Source: Azolla caroliniana (lineage: Eukaryota; Plantae; Polypodiophyta). From it: 36,776 bases of DNA. The stretch's first letter is position 1; each line of letters begins with the position of its first letter. The notes under the pieces are model-generated. The model did not search any database. It was given only the letters and a program-made list of their open reading frames with translations, and was not told the origin of the DNA. Positions 24,061-35,510 of the stretch are shown piece by piece. The translations under genes and the position numbers were made by a program. The stretch lies in NCBI GenBank assembly GCA_043228905.1, contig JBHGNT010000305.1, positions 1 through 36,776 on the forward strand, given 5' to 3'.

Positions 24061-24492
24061 AGCCTCTTCCTTCCGTCGTCTTCTGCCTCAGGCTTCGCAC
24101 AGGTTTCGTTCTTTCGTCTTCAAAGGGTTTTACGTGTGCTACCTGCTCATATTTGTGTAGCTACATATATGTATGTATGTATAGACTCTAGAGCCAGATG
24201 AGTTTAAGTAATTACCAAAATACCCCTCCTCTATTTTTCTTAAATGAACAGAATACAGAATGCTACTAGGTAAACTATATGTTAGTATCTTCAATAATTC
24301 TTTCTTTGGCATTCACGGTACTCAAAGATCAACGCTGCTAGATAAAACCATATTTTAGTATCTTCACTAAATATTTATTGGATATTTATTCACCAAAGAG
24401 TGCCACCATGAACCACATGTACTTAGACCTTTCCACAATTACATTGTGGTTGTGAATGTGTATTACAATGTTACACAATGGCATGGTTTTCA

Positions 24493-24502
24493 ATGTCGAC
24501 AC
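24493..24502. promoter_or_regulatory. ZDRE-matching ATGTCGACAC ~430 bp upstream of the FAM136A ATG
   Basis: Exact match to RTGTCGACAY. Confidence 0.4.
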
Positions 24503-25084
24503 CCAATAAATGTCAAGTATATGCATAGCACGAGGATTCTCAATGAAGTCCTTACACATTCATTCTACCCGCATTTTTATATACCCATGTATAAAAGAGA
24601 TCAGTTCCTTCTTTCTTTTTGCAATATTTGTTATACTCACTTTCAACACTCATGGACCCTTCAGATGCTAAAAGAAGTCAAATATCTTGTCGCTCTTTTT
24701 ACAATAGTGTACATATTCCCTTTCAACACTCGTGGATCCATTTGATGAGTACAACAATTAAAAATATATATAGCATTGGCGACATATTTGATCTGCGAGA
24801 CAACTGATAATACATCAACTTATTATATTTATAGAATATGATATTTTTAACTGAATAATAATACAATGCTGATCCTTCTTATTATGTGACTACATAACCT
24901 GCTATCTTCGACTTGTTGCTTGTAAGGATCAAGCCAAGTGCCAAGGTGGGGGGAGTCGAAAAAATGGAGTATCCCAAGAAAAATGGCAAAAAAAATGTGA
25001 AAGCAACCAAAGAAAGGATGAGAATGGTAATAAGGTGCGCCTCTCTTTGCTTCAGTTGATTCCAAGATGACAGGATGAAAAACA

Positions 25085-28000
25085 CTATGTTTGAGCTATT
25101 TGCTTGTCAAATGACTGGCTACCTTCAGTCTTAACATGCTTATTAGTATGAGAAGGAGACTTCATGCATGAATTACAATTCCAGCACCCTAACTTCTTTC
25201 TTCTCTTGTTGCTATTGCTTCTACTAAGGGATACATTTCTCTCTGACCCAAATAGCAACAAGAACCAGGAGAGCCCGTATCCTCGAAGCCTTCGGTTCCG
25301 TTCAATGCTGCTTGAAACTTTATTCCTTGAGACACTTGCTTCCCGTCTCCTCCGCGAAGAGGTTTCTCCTTCTCCTTCTTCTTCTTCTTCTTCTACATCT
25401 TCTTCCTCCTCTTCTGGCCTATTTAAAAGCTGTCTTTGGGTGATCTCAATGGTAGAGCTAACTCTCATAAGCTCCTTCCCCACCGATTGTAGATCAAGCG
25501 AATGTCTTCTAGTCAATGCTTTGTAACTCTTCATTTGTTCCATCAGCTTCCCCACATATTCATCATCCCATCCATCCATTGTAGGGGCACTCTCTTTGCT
25601 CACAAGATCAAGTACTTGCACTTCTAATTCCTCGGTTACAGCCTCCTGCTGCTCAGTCCAAGGCATAACCGTTTCCTTCATTTTGCTCACTTGCTGCCTC
25701 TGCAATACCAATTCTTCTGTTAACTTGTTAACTCTTTCCTCGGCTCTTTTCCTCTTATCCACCCATTGGTGTTTTTGCCTCGCATCCATCGATCCTTGTT
25801 GCGCATTCCCTTCTTTGAGAAGCTTTTGTAGTTCTCCTAACTCTGCTTCCATCTTCTCCACTTGTTCCACACGGGCTTGTAGGTCTTCTTTAAGTTTCAT
25901 GCGTTCTTCCTTCAATCCTATCAACTCACTCTCCAGCTTTTCATCCATCAGTACTTGATGCAAGCGTGTACCAAGGTTTATATGCAACCTAGCTAGCCCC
26001 TGCAGCTCACCCTCCCCTTCTATAGAGCGTGTTTCCAGTGCTTCGATTTCTTCTTGCAGTAGCTCTTTAGCTGCAGTGATGAGAGATGTTTCTTGAACAT
26101 CTTTGGCAGCTGCCTCCTCTTCATTAGTAGTCTCCCTCATCCTCAATTGAATGGAGGGTGATCTTGGTTGTTCTGATATATTTGGCTGCCTCGTCTCTTC
26201 TGCAGAGGCTTCCTCTGCTACTTTGCCCGAGTAGTTTTGTAATAGCATTCTCAGGTTTTCCACGGCCTTGTGCAACACAGTGACATCCTCCACTATTTCT
26301 TGATGTTGCATTGACACTAGGGCTGTGGCAAGTTCTAGATCAGAAGTTTTATCTTGCAGGCTATCTAGATTCATGCCCTCAATAACCATCTCTTCATATC
26401 GTGACAATCTCTCTTCTTCCAGAGGAATGCTATTATAGCCTCCTTTTTGCAAGGTATTCAGTATTTCCACACATTCCTGGAATTTTCTATCTTCATCGTT
26501 ACCATCGAGCAGCTCTTTCGCCACCAGTCTGATCTCCTCACACAAGATGAGTAAATTATCTTTCAAAAGCAACGCATATGTGATATCCTTTTCTTGCAAG
26601 TCAGATAGCATCACATGTAGTTTTTTGTTCTCCATCTTTACAGTCTCCAGTTCTACTTTTAGTTCATTATTCTCTTCCCCCATTCCATGTGTCTTGCCTT
26701 GCAGATTGTATAATAATTTCTCAGCATTCTGCATTTCAGAAGCAGAGTCTGCCTGCCTATTTATCCTCTCATCCTCTACAGCTTCTGGATTTTGTTCGAT
26801 TCTTGCTGCAAGCTGTCCTCTTTTATGTTCATCCTTGAAGACAACTACTTTCTCCTTCAGTTTGTTGACAACATCTACCATTACAAGAACCATACTCTTC
26901 AAACTGAAGCTTTCAACCGCATTTTCAGAGTTGATTGTTTCCGTGTGATGAAATGGCTGTTTCATAAATTCATCATGGATGATTTCAGACAAAATCACTT
27001 CCTTTGCAGCTCCATAGGTCCCATTTTGCGCTTTGAAGTGGAATATCTGTTTCTTAATATTGGCAATTGTTTCCTCTTCTAATAAAGCAATTTCATCCCT
27101 GGCAGGAGTGAAGCTGCCATCACTGTCGTTCGACATCATCCGATCAATATGTTCCATCTCAGATAGCATCTGAGATAAATCCCTGACATGTTTCTGGAGT
27201 CCAATCCATAATGCATGTTTCATCTTATGTGTGCTGTCAAAAGCTAATTCACCCTCCAGATCTTGCACGAGAACATCTTCGTCCAGTTTAGCTACCAAGC
27301 TTTCTTTAGGAACCTCAAGTGCTTTATAATGAGATTCTAACTCAGCCATAGATACGTTAGGGTAAGTTACTTCTTTAGTGCCATTGCGTGCATGTAGCTT
27401 CATGTGGTTATTCTCTTCTTCTGATCTATTCAATGGTTTCTGTGATTCCTCCACCTGTATTAGCAGCAATCCAGTAGCTTTTACCGATTCTTCATGTTCT
27501 TCCTCTGTTTGAAGAGGCATCTGTCTCATGTTCTCCAATTCTGTTGGTTCAGCCGAAACATTGGCGTTCACAAGAATATTCTCTTCGTCCACTTTGGAAA
27601 CTGCAGATATGTGTTTTTTACTCTGTTCTCCACACGAATCACCCACCACTGCTTTTTCTTGATGAGATACTGCAATAGACTTGCTTTCATTCTGTAACTT
27701 CCAAACTCTCTCATGTAGCTCCTGCGACAAGTTCTCTAATTCTGTTGCTTGGGCAGCCAGTTTGTTCTTCAGCATCATGTTCACTTCCTCCACTTTGGAA
27801 ACTGTAGCTTTATGTTCTTCCACCTGTCCTCTAAGGAAACTATTCTCTGCAACTTTTTCTTGATGAGATGCTGCAATAGATTTGTTTTCATTTTGCAACA
27901 TGAAAACTTTCTCATGATGCTCATTTGTCAGCTTCTCTAAAACTGTGGCTTGGGCAGCCAAATCTAAAATCAGCATCACGTTCTCTTCTTCCACCTTCGA

Positions 28001-31000
28001 AACTGTAATTTTATGTTCTTCCACCTTTCCTCTAAGCAAAGCATTCTCTGCAACCTTTTCTTGATGAGAAGCTGTGATGGATTTGCTTTGATCTTGTAAC
28101 TTAAGGACCCTATCATGAACCTCCTTCAGCTGAACATTTTGAAGATCCTTTAGGACCGCTTTCAATTGCATAATCTCTGTCAGGCCACTATCCAACTTAA
28201 AGGCCATGTCCTTGTTCTCTTCTGTCAGAGATGCCACTTTGTTTTGCAGTTCATACACAAGCTTTTCTTTTACAGACAACTCCTCTACAGCTTCCAAATG
28301 CTTGCTTTCTAAGACAGATGATTCATTATGTAGTTCATTTACCATCCTAGATTTAGATTCTAGCTCCATTTTAAGATGAGACATTTCCTCAATCGTAGTC
28401 TTCACAGCTGCATCATGGGAATCCTTATCTTTCTGGAGGTGCTGTTTTAGGCTTACACATTCCTCCTCTATTGAGGAGAGGGTTTTCTGTAAACTTTCTG
28501 CTTCAACCGAGAGCCTCTGCATAGCCTCATCCCTTTGATGAAGCTGCACTTTTAGGTCTTCAAGTTCTTTCTCTAGATTTGTCACCTGATTAACAAATAG
28601 GGATTTCTCCTTTCGCAAAGCCACTCCCTCAGCTTGCAAAGTATTGATCTCTTCGTTGAACTTGATGGCTTCCTGTTGTTGAAGCATAAGCTCATTTCTA
28701 CTTTGGAAATTTTCTGAGTTGAGATCCTCGATTTGTTTTTCCATGGTCTTTAGTTTTGAATTCCATTCATGATTCATCTTTGAATACTGCTCTGCTGCAT
28801 CAAGTTTGTTAGCTTCTGCAGATTTAAGCTGCTCTTGCAAATGGTTTGCCTCTTTAACCTTATCATTTAACTGCAGCCTTCCAGCCTCGACATTCAATGA
28901 TAACTCATCTCGTTCATGTTGTGTAGTTTCCAATTCTTTCTTAATTTCATCTAACTTCTCTTCGACTTCTGCTTTCTTCTTTTGCAAATCACCAAGGACC
29001 TGTTCAAGCTCCCCTTTAGCTGCAAGTGTTGCAGATAAATCCTGCTTGAGCAACTTGTTCCCGTCCCTCTGCCTTCTAATCTCTTCATTGCTCTCTAGTA
29101 TTGTATTCTCAGCATCCCTTCTGTAAGCCACCGACAGAGTAACTAGTCCCTCTAGCCTTTCATTCTCGTGTTGCATATCTGCAAGCTTGTCCTGAAGCAT
29201 GTTTCCTTCCACCTCGCGGCTTTCGGCATGTGATAAAGACAAATGCAACTGTTTCTCGAGTTCTAACTTTACTGCTTGCAAAGCCAAAACATCTTGCTCT
29301 AATTTTCCCACTTCCTCAAACTTAGAGTTCAAGGCATCCTCTATTTTAGCATTATCTTGTTTAAGTTGAACAAGGTTAGTTTGCATTTTCAGCAGGTCAC
29401 TAGTTGCTGTTGTCGCTTCAGACTTCTTTTGCTCCAAATCTTTCAGCAAATCGGCACATTTCTTAGCTAGAGCATCTTTCTCCCCAATAGCTAAGTGTAA
29501 GGCATTCTCAGTTTCCGCATTATCTTGTTTGAGTTGAACAACATTAGCTTGCATTCTCAGCAGTTCACCAGTTGCTCTTATGGCGTCAGACTTCTTTTCC
29601 TCCAAATCTTTAAGAATGTTCGTGTATTTTTTATCTAGTTCATCCTTTTCCAGAATAGCCAAGTTTAAAGTATCCTCGGTTTTAGCATTATCTTGTTTCA
29701 GTTGAACAATGTCAGTCTGCATCTTCAGTAGGTCTCCAGTTGCCCTTATGGCTTCAGACTTCTGTTCCTCCAAATCTTTCAGCAGATCTGTGAATTTGTG
29801 ATCTAGTGCATCCTTCTCTTCAATAGTTAAGTTTAGTCTGTCCATAATAATCTTTTTATCCTGTTCTGCACTGTTCAATGCTTGTTGCAACCTCTGAAAA
29901 TCCTCATCTTGCTTATGCATATCTTTCTTCAAGGATTCAACAATGCAAGTGAGTTGCTTTTTCTCATTCAGAAGGTTCAACACTTCTTCCTTGAGACTGT
30001 CACCTGTCTGCAATGCCACCATTATATCTTTCTCCATTACCCCTTTCTCGCTCTCTAACACTTTGATATGTTCCTCCAGCTCATTATATTTTTCTACATG
30101 AGTACTGATGTTTCTAGTTAAATTCGCTCTATCTTCTGTGAGCAGGATAATCTCTTTCTGGAAATCATCGATTTGCTTCATCATGGAAAGCTTCTCTTCC
30201 TGCCTTTTCTTCTGGTCTTGTGAATAGGAATTGTTGGCTGCTTCAGCCTTGGAAAGTGTTTCATTCAATGTCTCTATTTCTGTCATTAGCTTCTGAGTAA
30301 CATCAGAGCTCTTTTGCAACTCTAAAAGTAATGATTCTTCTCGGTTTTTCAAAACAGATTTATCTTCCTGTAAAAGGGCCACATCCTTGCAAAGCATTGA
30401 ATTCTTGTTCTCCAGAAGAGCAACCTCGGCCTCAAGATTGCCAATGTCTCTCACCTTGTTTTGAGCTTCATTTATTAGGTTTACATTTCGTGCATCCAAA
30501 TCAGAAAGTTTGCATTGCAAATTATGTATTTCTACCTTAGCCTTCTCATTATCTTCTACTATGATTTTATTTTCTTCTTCAACCTTAACAAGCTGATCTT
30601 TCAGTGACAGATTTTCCCGCTGCATTATTTCCTTGTTGCTTTCCAAACTAGAGATTATATGCTGCATGTCATTATGCCGGTTTGAATGAGTAGCAACCTC
30701 ACCAAGAAGTAGAAATCGCTCTTCTGTTAAATGGCGATGATTTGTTTCAAGCTCCTCATGATTTTTCTTTACAGTAAATATCTCATCTAAATATTTCTGT
30801 TGTTTAAGAAGCAGAACTTTATTTGCTTCTTTTTCTGAGACATTAGCTTGATGTAACTCCTTCACTTCTAACTCAAGGTGGTTTTTCCTCACCAAGCATT
30901 CCCCAAGTTCTGTGGATAAAGAATCACATTGCTCTTTGAGAGAATTTATCCGCTCCTCTAGACCATGTTCATGGACTAAACGTGATGAAATGTCAGCATT

Positions 31001-34000
31001 CAATGCTACAATTTGGCCATGCAAATCTGAAATTTTTTCACTTAATATTTCAATGCTTCTTTCTTTCTCGGCCAGTTGATCAACCACTGATCCATGTGCA
31101 ATCACTTCTTGGGAGAGTTTTAGCTTCAAATCATTTATTTGAGCTTCAAAATCACCGAGTTTCCTGGTGCAATCTTCATTCTGCCTTGCTAACGAGATGT
31201 TATCTTCCCTTGAATTGTGGATCTGTTCTTCTAGTGATTTGACTTCATTCTTCAGTTTTTCGATGACCTGAGCCTTAGCATGATCTTCGTATTGAAGAGA
31301 TTTTTGAGCTACCATAAGGATTGCAAGTTCTTCCTGAACTTTCTGAGCTGCCTCAGCTGTGACTTGATGGTCTGATTGTGTTGTAATGTAGCGCTCATTT
31401 AGGTCACTGTTTTGTTGTTGCAAGCTTTCACACTTTTGCTCTACTTGTTGCATTGCAATTGTTAGGTTCATTTTCTCACTTTCCAACGAAGAAATTTTAA
31501 GCTCAGCAACTACCAATTTGGATTCCAGATTTGCTTTAATCTCGCATCGCTCCTTTTCTAGTTCAGAGATTGCTTGCAAAGCTTTTGCTTCTCTTTGCTG
31601 AAAAACATCCTTCTCTTTTAAGGAACAGCTCAAATCATCTTCTAGTGCTTTTAGGAGGGCCTTCTGGGTCGCAAGCTCTTGCTTGAGCATACTACCCTCT
31701 GCTGCCTTAGCCATGGCTTCCTCGTGTATCTTTCGATACTCCTCATCGCCTTTTCTTGCCTGCTCTAATGCTTTCTCAAGGGCATCCTTGATACCTCCCT
31801 TCTCTGCAGATAAAGATGAGAGGTTGAGCTGAAGTTCTTTAATTTCCAAACTTGCCTTCGTAGCCATGCCCTCAAATGCCAACTTTTCATCTTTAAGAAA
31901 GGAAATCTCTGAAGAACTGGATGCTATCTGTTCCTTAAGCTTTATTTCGGCTGCTTCTAAAGATTCACATTTCTCTTTAAATTTCTCGTATTGAGCTTCC
32001 AAGCTTTCCCTTGCCTGAACAGCTTCATCAACGTCAGATTTGAGCTTTAGTATGAGCTTTGCACTCTCAACTTTCAAAGATTCGAGCCTTGTATTTTCTT
32101 CCTCCAACCTACTGACTATTTCCTTCAGTTTCTCAATTTCTCCAGCCTGCTGCTCTGACTTTTGAGTAATAGTTTGCTTCTCCTTTTCAGATAGCTTGAG
32201 CTCTTCCTGCAAATCCCGGGCATTTGTTTCAGCTATAGATTTTTCATGCTGGAAAAGGTTCTTCTCCTTCTCAGAATCCAGAAACAGCTGCTCCAGATCA
32301 TTCCTGTAAGTGATAAGTTTGTTCAGTTTATTCTCAAGCTCTGTCACAGCAGATGCTTTCATCTCAATCTGATCTCTGAGCCTTTGATTTTCTTCCTCGA
32401 GAACAAGAATCTTCTGTTGTAAATCGTGTATTTGCTGTTCGAAGGCTTCCTTAGCAATTAGTAAATCCTTCTCACTTTCTTCTTGAAGAGATGTAAGAGC
32501 ATCTTGCAACTTCTGCTTAGATGCTTCTGCTTCCTTGATCTTTTCCAGATGCTCTGCTTTAAGAGACTCGATATCTGAGAGTTGATGCTTGAAAGCTGTA
32601 ATTTCACTTTCTAAGTGCTTATTTCTCTGATATGCTTCCTCGACCTGCTTGGTACATTGCTCGGCAAGTTGTGATTTCTCTTCTTTCAATGTAATAAGGG
32701 AATGATTTAACTTAAGGTTCTCCTCTTCCAGTTTCTGTCCCTGTTCATGGAAAGACTTCAATTTCTTTTTACTGGTCTTATCCTCTGCTTCAAGGCTCCT
32801 CAATCTTGTTTGCATACTCGAAAACTCGAACTGGATTGTCTTCAATTTAGCAACATCAGTAATGAGTGCTTTATTCTCCTCCTGATAGTGCTTTAGATCA
32901 CGGTGAAGCTGTGAAACATCAACAGCCACAGGCTCGGAACCACTCCGACCAACATCATCATGAAAACCTGGAAACTTGTGCTTGAATCCAAATGTTCGAG
33001 TCAAATTATTCATACGAAAAGCCAATGGAGATGATTCATCTTCATCCGTATGAGCCTTTGCAGATGGGCTATCAGAATCGAATTCAGAAGGCCCGGTGTA
33101 CGAATAGGAAGGACTAATGATATCAAACCCGTCTATACCTCGTTTTGAACTAAGTTCGGTGGGGGAATTCTGAGCTGATTCAGGAGAGACCCCTAACTGA
33201 GCTTGTAAAGCTGGGGCTACGTTCAAGCGAATCTCTCTGGTGAGGGTATCGTGGCGCTCGGCCAATGCCCGATAGTTCTGGTGAAACTCTCCGATCAAGG
33301 AGATCAGTTCTGGCCTTTTTCTGTAAAACATCTCTGCTCTCTGAGCAAATGAATCTGCATCCTCTTCTATTATTGTTAGCATGGCAGCCACCTTTCCATT
33401 CATCTCTGGCAAAAAAGTAAGAAGAAAACCATTAGAATTTCTCTGCCTAATGCACAAATGTATGATTTCCCACATACTATTATTCCCTTCTTTCTTAGTA
33501 AAAACATCCTATCACACGTATCCATGAATTTCCTACATCTTTTTCTTAGTGGAACATCCTATTATAATTTACTTCTTCATAAACATACTATCATTCATAT
33601 CCATGCATCTCCTAGCTTCTTTAATAATAATAAAAATCATAACATTTGTGCCCATGAATCTCCTTTTCTTGGTTAGTTAAAAAAATGATGTCATTCATAT
33701 ACACAAATATCCTACATATTAAATTCATAGTGAAAAAATACTATCATTCATCCAAGCCATTTGTTTGTGAAAACATCCTATAATTCATATCTGTGAATTC
33801 CCTTGATCAATTGATGGTAATAACAGCCTATCCATCATAACAATGAATCACTTGACTATAATTCATATCTGTGAATTCCCTTGATCAATTGATGGTAATA
33901 ACAGCCTATCCATCATAACAATGAATCACTTGAACCTGTTTCTTTACAAAAACATCATATCCATAAATGTGATATCTTCCAGATCTTCTCAATCATATTC

Positions 34001-34187
34001 ATGAATCTGAAATTTTCTATATCTTGTTCTTAATGGATAAAACATCCTATCATTCATGTCAATTGTTTGGCTGCTAATCTGAAGACTTACCCGATACATT
34101 CTCTTGAAGCCATTTTGAATTTATAGGGCTTATATGGCTGTCCCACCACCAAGAATGGGATCGTGACCGGTCGGTATTCTTCATCAT
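25085..34187 (-). CDS. NETWORKED (NET1-like) actin-binding protein: N-terminal NAB/KIP1 domain plus very long coiled coil, ~2805 aa, 2 coding exons
   Basis: Exon 34187-34091 encodes MMKNTDRSRSHSWWWDSHISPINSKWLQENVS and ends at donor GTAAGT (phase 1). Exon 33405-25085 (acceptor ttttttgccAG) continues EMNGKVAAMLTIIEEDADSFAQRAEMFYRKRPELISLIGEFHQNYRALAERHD, the canonical NAB domain. The rest is E/K/L/Q-rich heptad sequence ending in a polybasic-Cys tail. The ORF-track start at 33475 lies in the intron. Confidence 0.95.
27521..28123 (-). repeat. Three in-frame 201-bp (67-aa) tandem repeats in the NET coiled coil
   Basis: The anchor tgatgaga recurs at 27660, 27861 and 28062. Peptide unit: E.H..V..LQ...KSI..SHQEK......VSKV.E.N......A..T.LE.. 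Confidence 0.93.
29333..29836 (-). repeat. Three in-frame 168-bp (56-aa) tandem repeats in the NET coiled coil
   Basis: The anchor gcattatcttgtt recurs at 29349, 29517 and 29685. Peptide unit: LNL.I.EKD.L..K...LLKDLE..KS.A..AT..LL.MQ...VQLKQDNA..E.. Confidence 0.95.
33778..33933. repeat. Perfect 78-bp tandem duplication in the NET intron
   Basis: ctataattcatatctgtgaattcccttgatcaattgatggtaataacagcctatccatcataacaatgaatcacttga occurs at 33778 and 33856. Confidence 0.93.
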
Positions 34188-34960
34188 TGCCAGGTTGACT
34201 CCGAAAAGATTCCATGTTAACCCATCAAGGGCTTATCATACAAATCTCTGAAAAGAAACAAAAACAACAATTGTAGGCCGATTAGTAGAACAGGATGGAT
34301 AACAATATAATAAATCCAACCTATGAGAATTGGTTAGAAAAATTAGTGGATTGCATCCGTCAATGTTATAGACACACACACACACACTTGATCGGATAAA
34401 GTGAATGATGATTTATGATTCCAACAGCAGTTGTGCCAGGCAATACTAATGTTTCATACTTGGTCGCACTTAGCCCTTGACAAAACAAATTGGGGCATGG
34501 ATTATCAGATAGCTTGGTTACACCTTGGTTTGTTGGGGATGAGAGGACCGATCAAGGGCATATAATTCGAAACATGGATAATTTCAGGGTCATCCGAACA
34601 TGTGGTCTTGGATAGTGGTTAAGACTTGATTTCTTCCAGACAAGAGGGCCACAAGGATGTATGGTTCGAAACATGAATTTATATGAAGCGTGTTCTAAAA
34701 CGACAGAGAGAGAGAGAGAGAGGAATTATCATCGAGAACTCACCGGTAGAGAGGTTTGAGTGAGATCAACAGGAAAACAGTGATTTTGTGATTTATTAAA
34801 AAAAATAAAATTGGGAGGAGAGCTTCTTCTGTGAGCAAGGTGATCTGAAGCTAACAATTCCTTCTGCTCAAGGAGAGAAGAAGGCGAAGAGGAGGAGGAA
34901 GAAGAAGAAGAGCATCAGATCTCTGAAAAGACGAAGTATGACGTGGGCATCGAGATAAAA
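34188..34960 (-). other. Spliced 5' leader of the NET gene (5'UTR exon ending 34744, intron 34743-34248, leader 34247-34188)
   Basis: Minus-strand donor CCG|GTGAGT at 34744/34743 and acceptor gtttcttttcAG| at 34248/34247. The upstream exon is CT-rich, as is typical of plant 5'UTRs. The TSS is unknown, so the upper coordinate is approximate. Confidence 0.6.
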
Positions 34961-35074
34961 AAGGTGGAGAAAAGTAGCTGGTGATGGGGGGGACCTTTCT
35001 GCAAAGCAAGCAAAAAATAACCCCCCCCCCCCCCCCAACCAACAAAAATGGATCTCCCATATGTATACATATGT

Positions 35075-35130
35075 TTAGTTGTTGAGAAATGGACACCCAA
35101 CCCAATCAACTCAAGACTCACACCTAGTTA

Positions 35131-35166
<36 letters not shown>

Positions 35167-35510
35167 TTAGTTGTTGAGAAATGGACACCCAACCCAATCA
35201 ACTCAAGACTCACACCTAGTTGTAGTGTGTGTGTGTGTGCTATATCTAGATCACTATACACCTACCTTATACCTAACCACCTACCTCCTTTGTTTATCGA
35301 GCTATTGTGGGCGCCTAGAAATCCCCCTCCCCGAATCCATAATTCAGTTCATCCTGGCCTGAAATGCTCTCCACACGAAAAGAATGGAACTATATGTGCT
35401 TTGTCTATCGAGCTATAGTGGGCGCCTACAAATCCCCCTCCCCGAATCCATAATTCAGCTCGTCCTGACCCGGAATGCTCTCCACACGAAAAGAATGGAA
35501 CTATATGTGC
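35075..35510. repeat. Two adjacent tandem duplications upstream of NET (~92-bp unit with (GT)n; ~111-bp unit)
   Basis: ttagttgttgagaaatggacacccaacccaatcaactcaagactcacacctagtt occurs at about 35075 and 35167. tttgt.tatcgagctat.gtgggcgccta...aagaatggaactatatgtgc occurs at about 35289 and 35400. Confidence 0.9.

Noticed and set aside
25164-31242. Numerous + strand ORFs antisense to NET
   Set aside because: They are Ser/Phe/Leu-rich shadows of the E/K/Q-rich coiled-coil codons and show no independent coding signal.
33406-33475. ORF-track N-terminus MWEIIHLCIRQ... of the 2796-aa ORF
   Set aside because: It is intronic read-through. The true N-terminus (SWWWDSH) is in the upstream exon 34187-34091.
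33778-35510. Direct repeats as a possible CRISPR array or LTR pair
   Set aside because: The context is eukaryotic. These are adjacent two-copy duplications without unique spacers, TG..CA termini, a PBS or an internal coding region.
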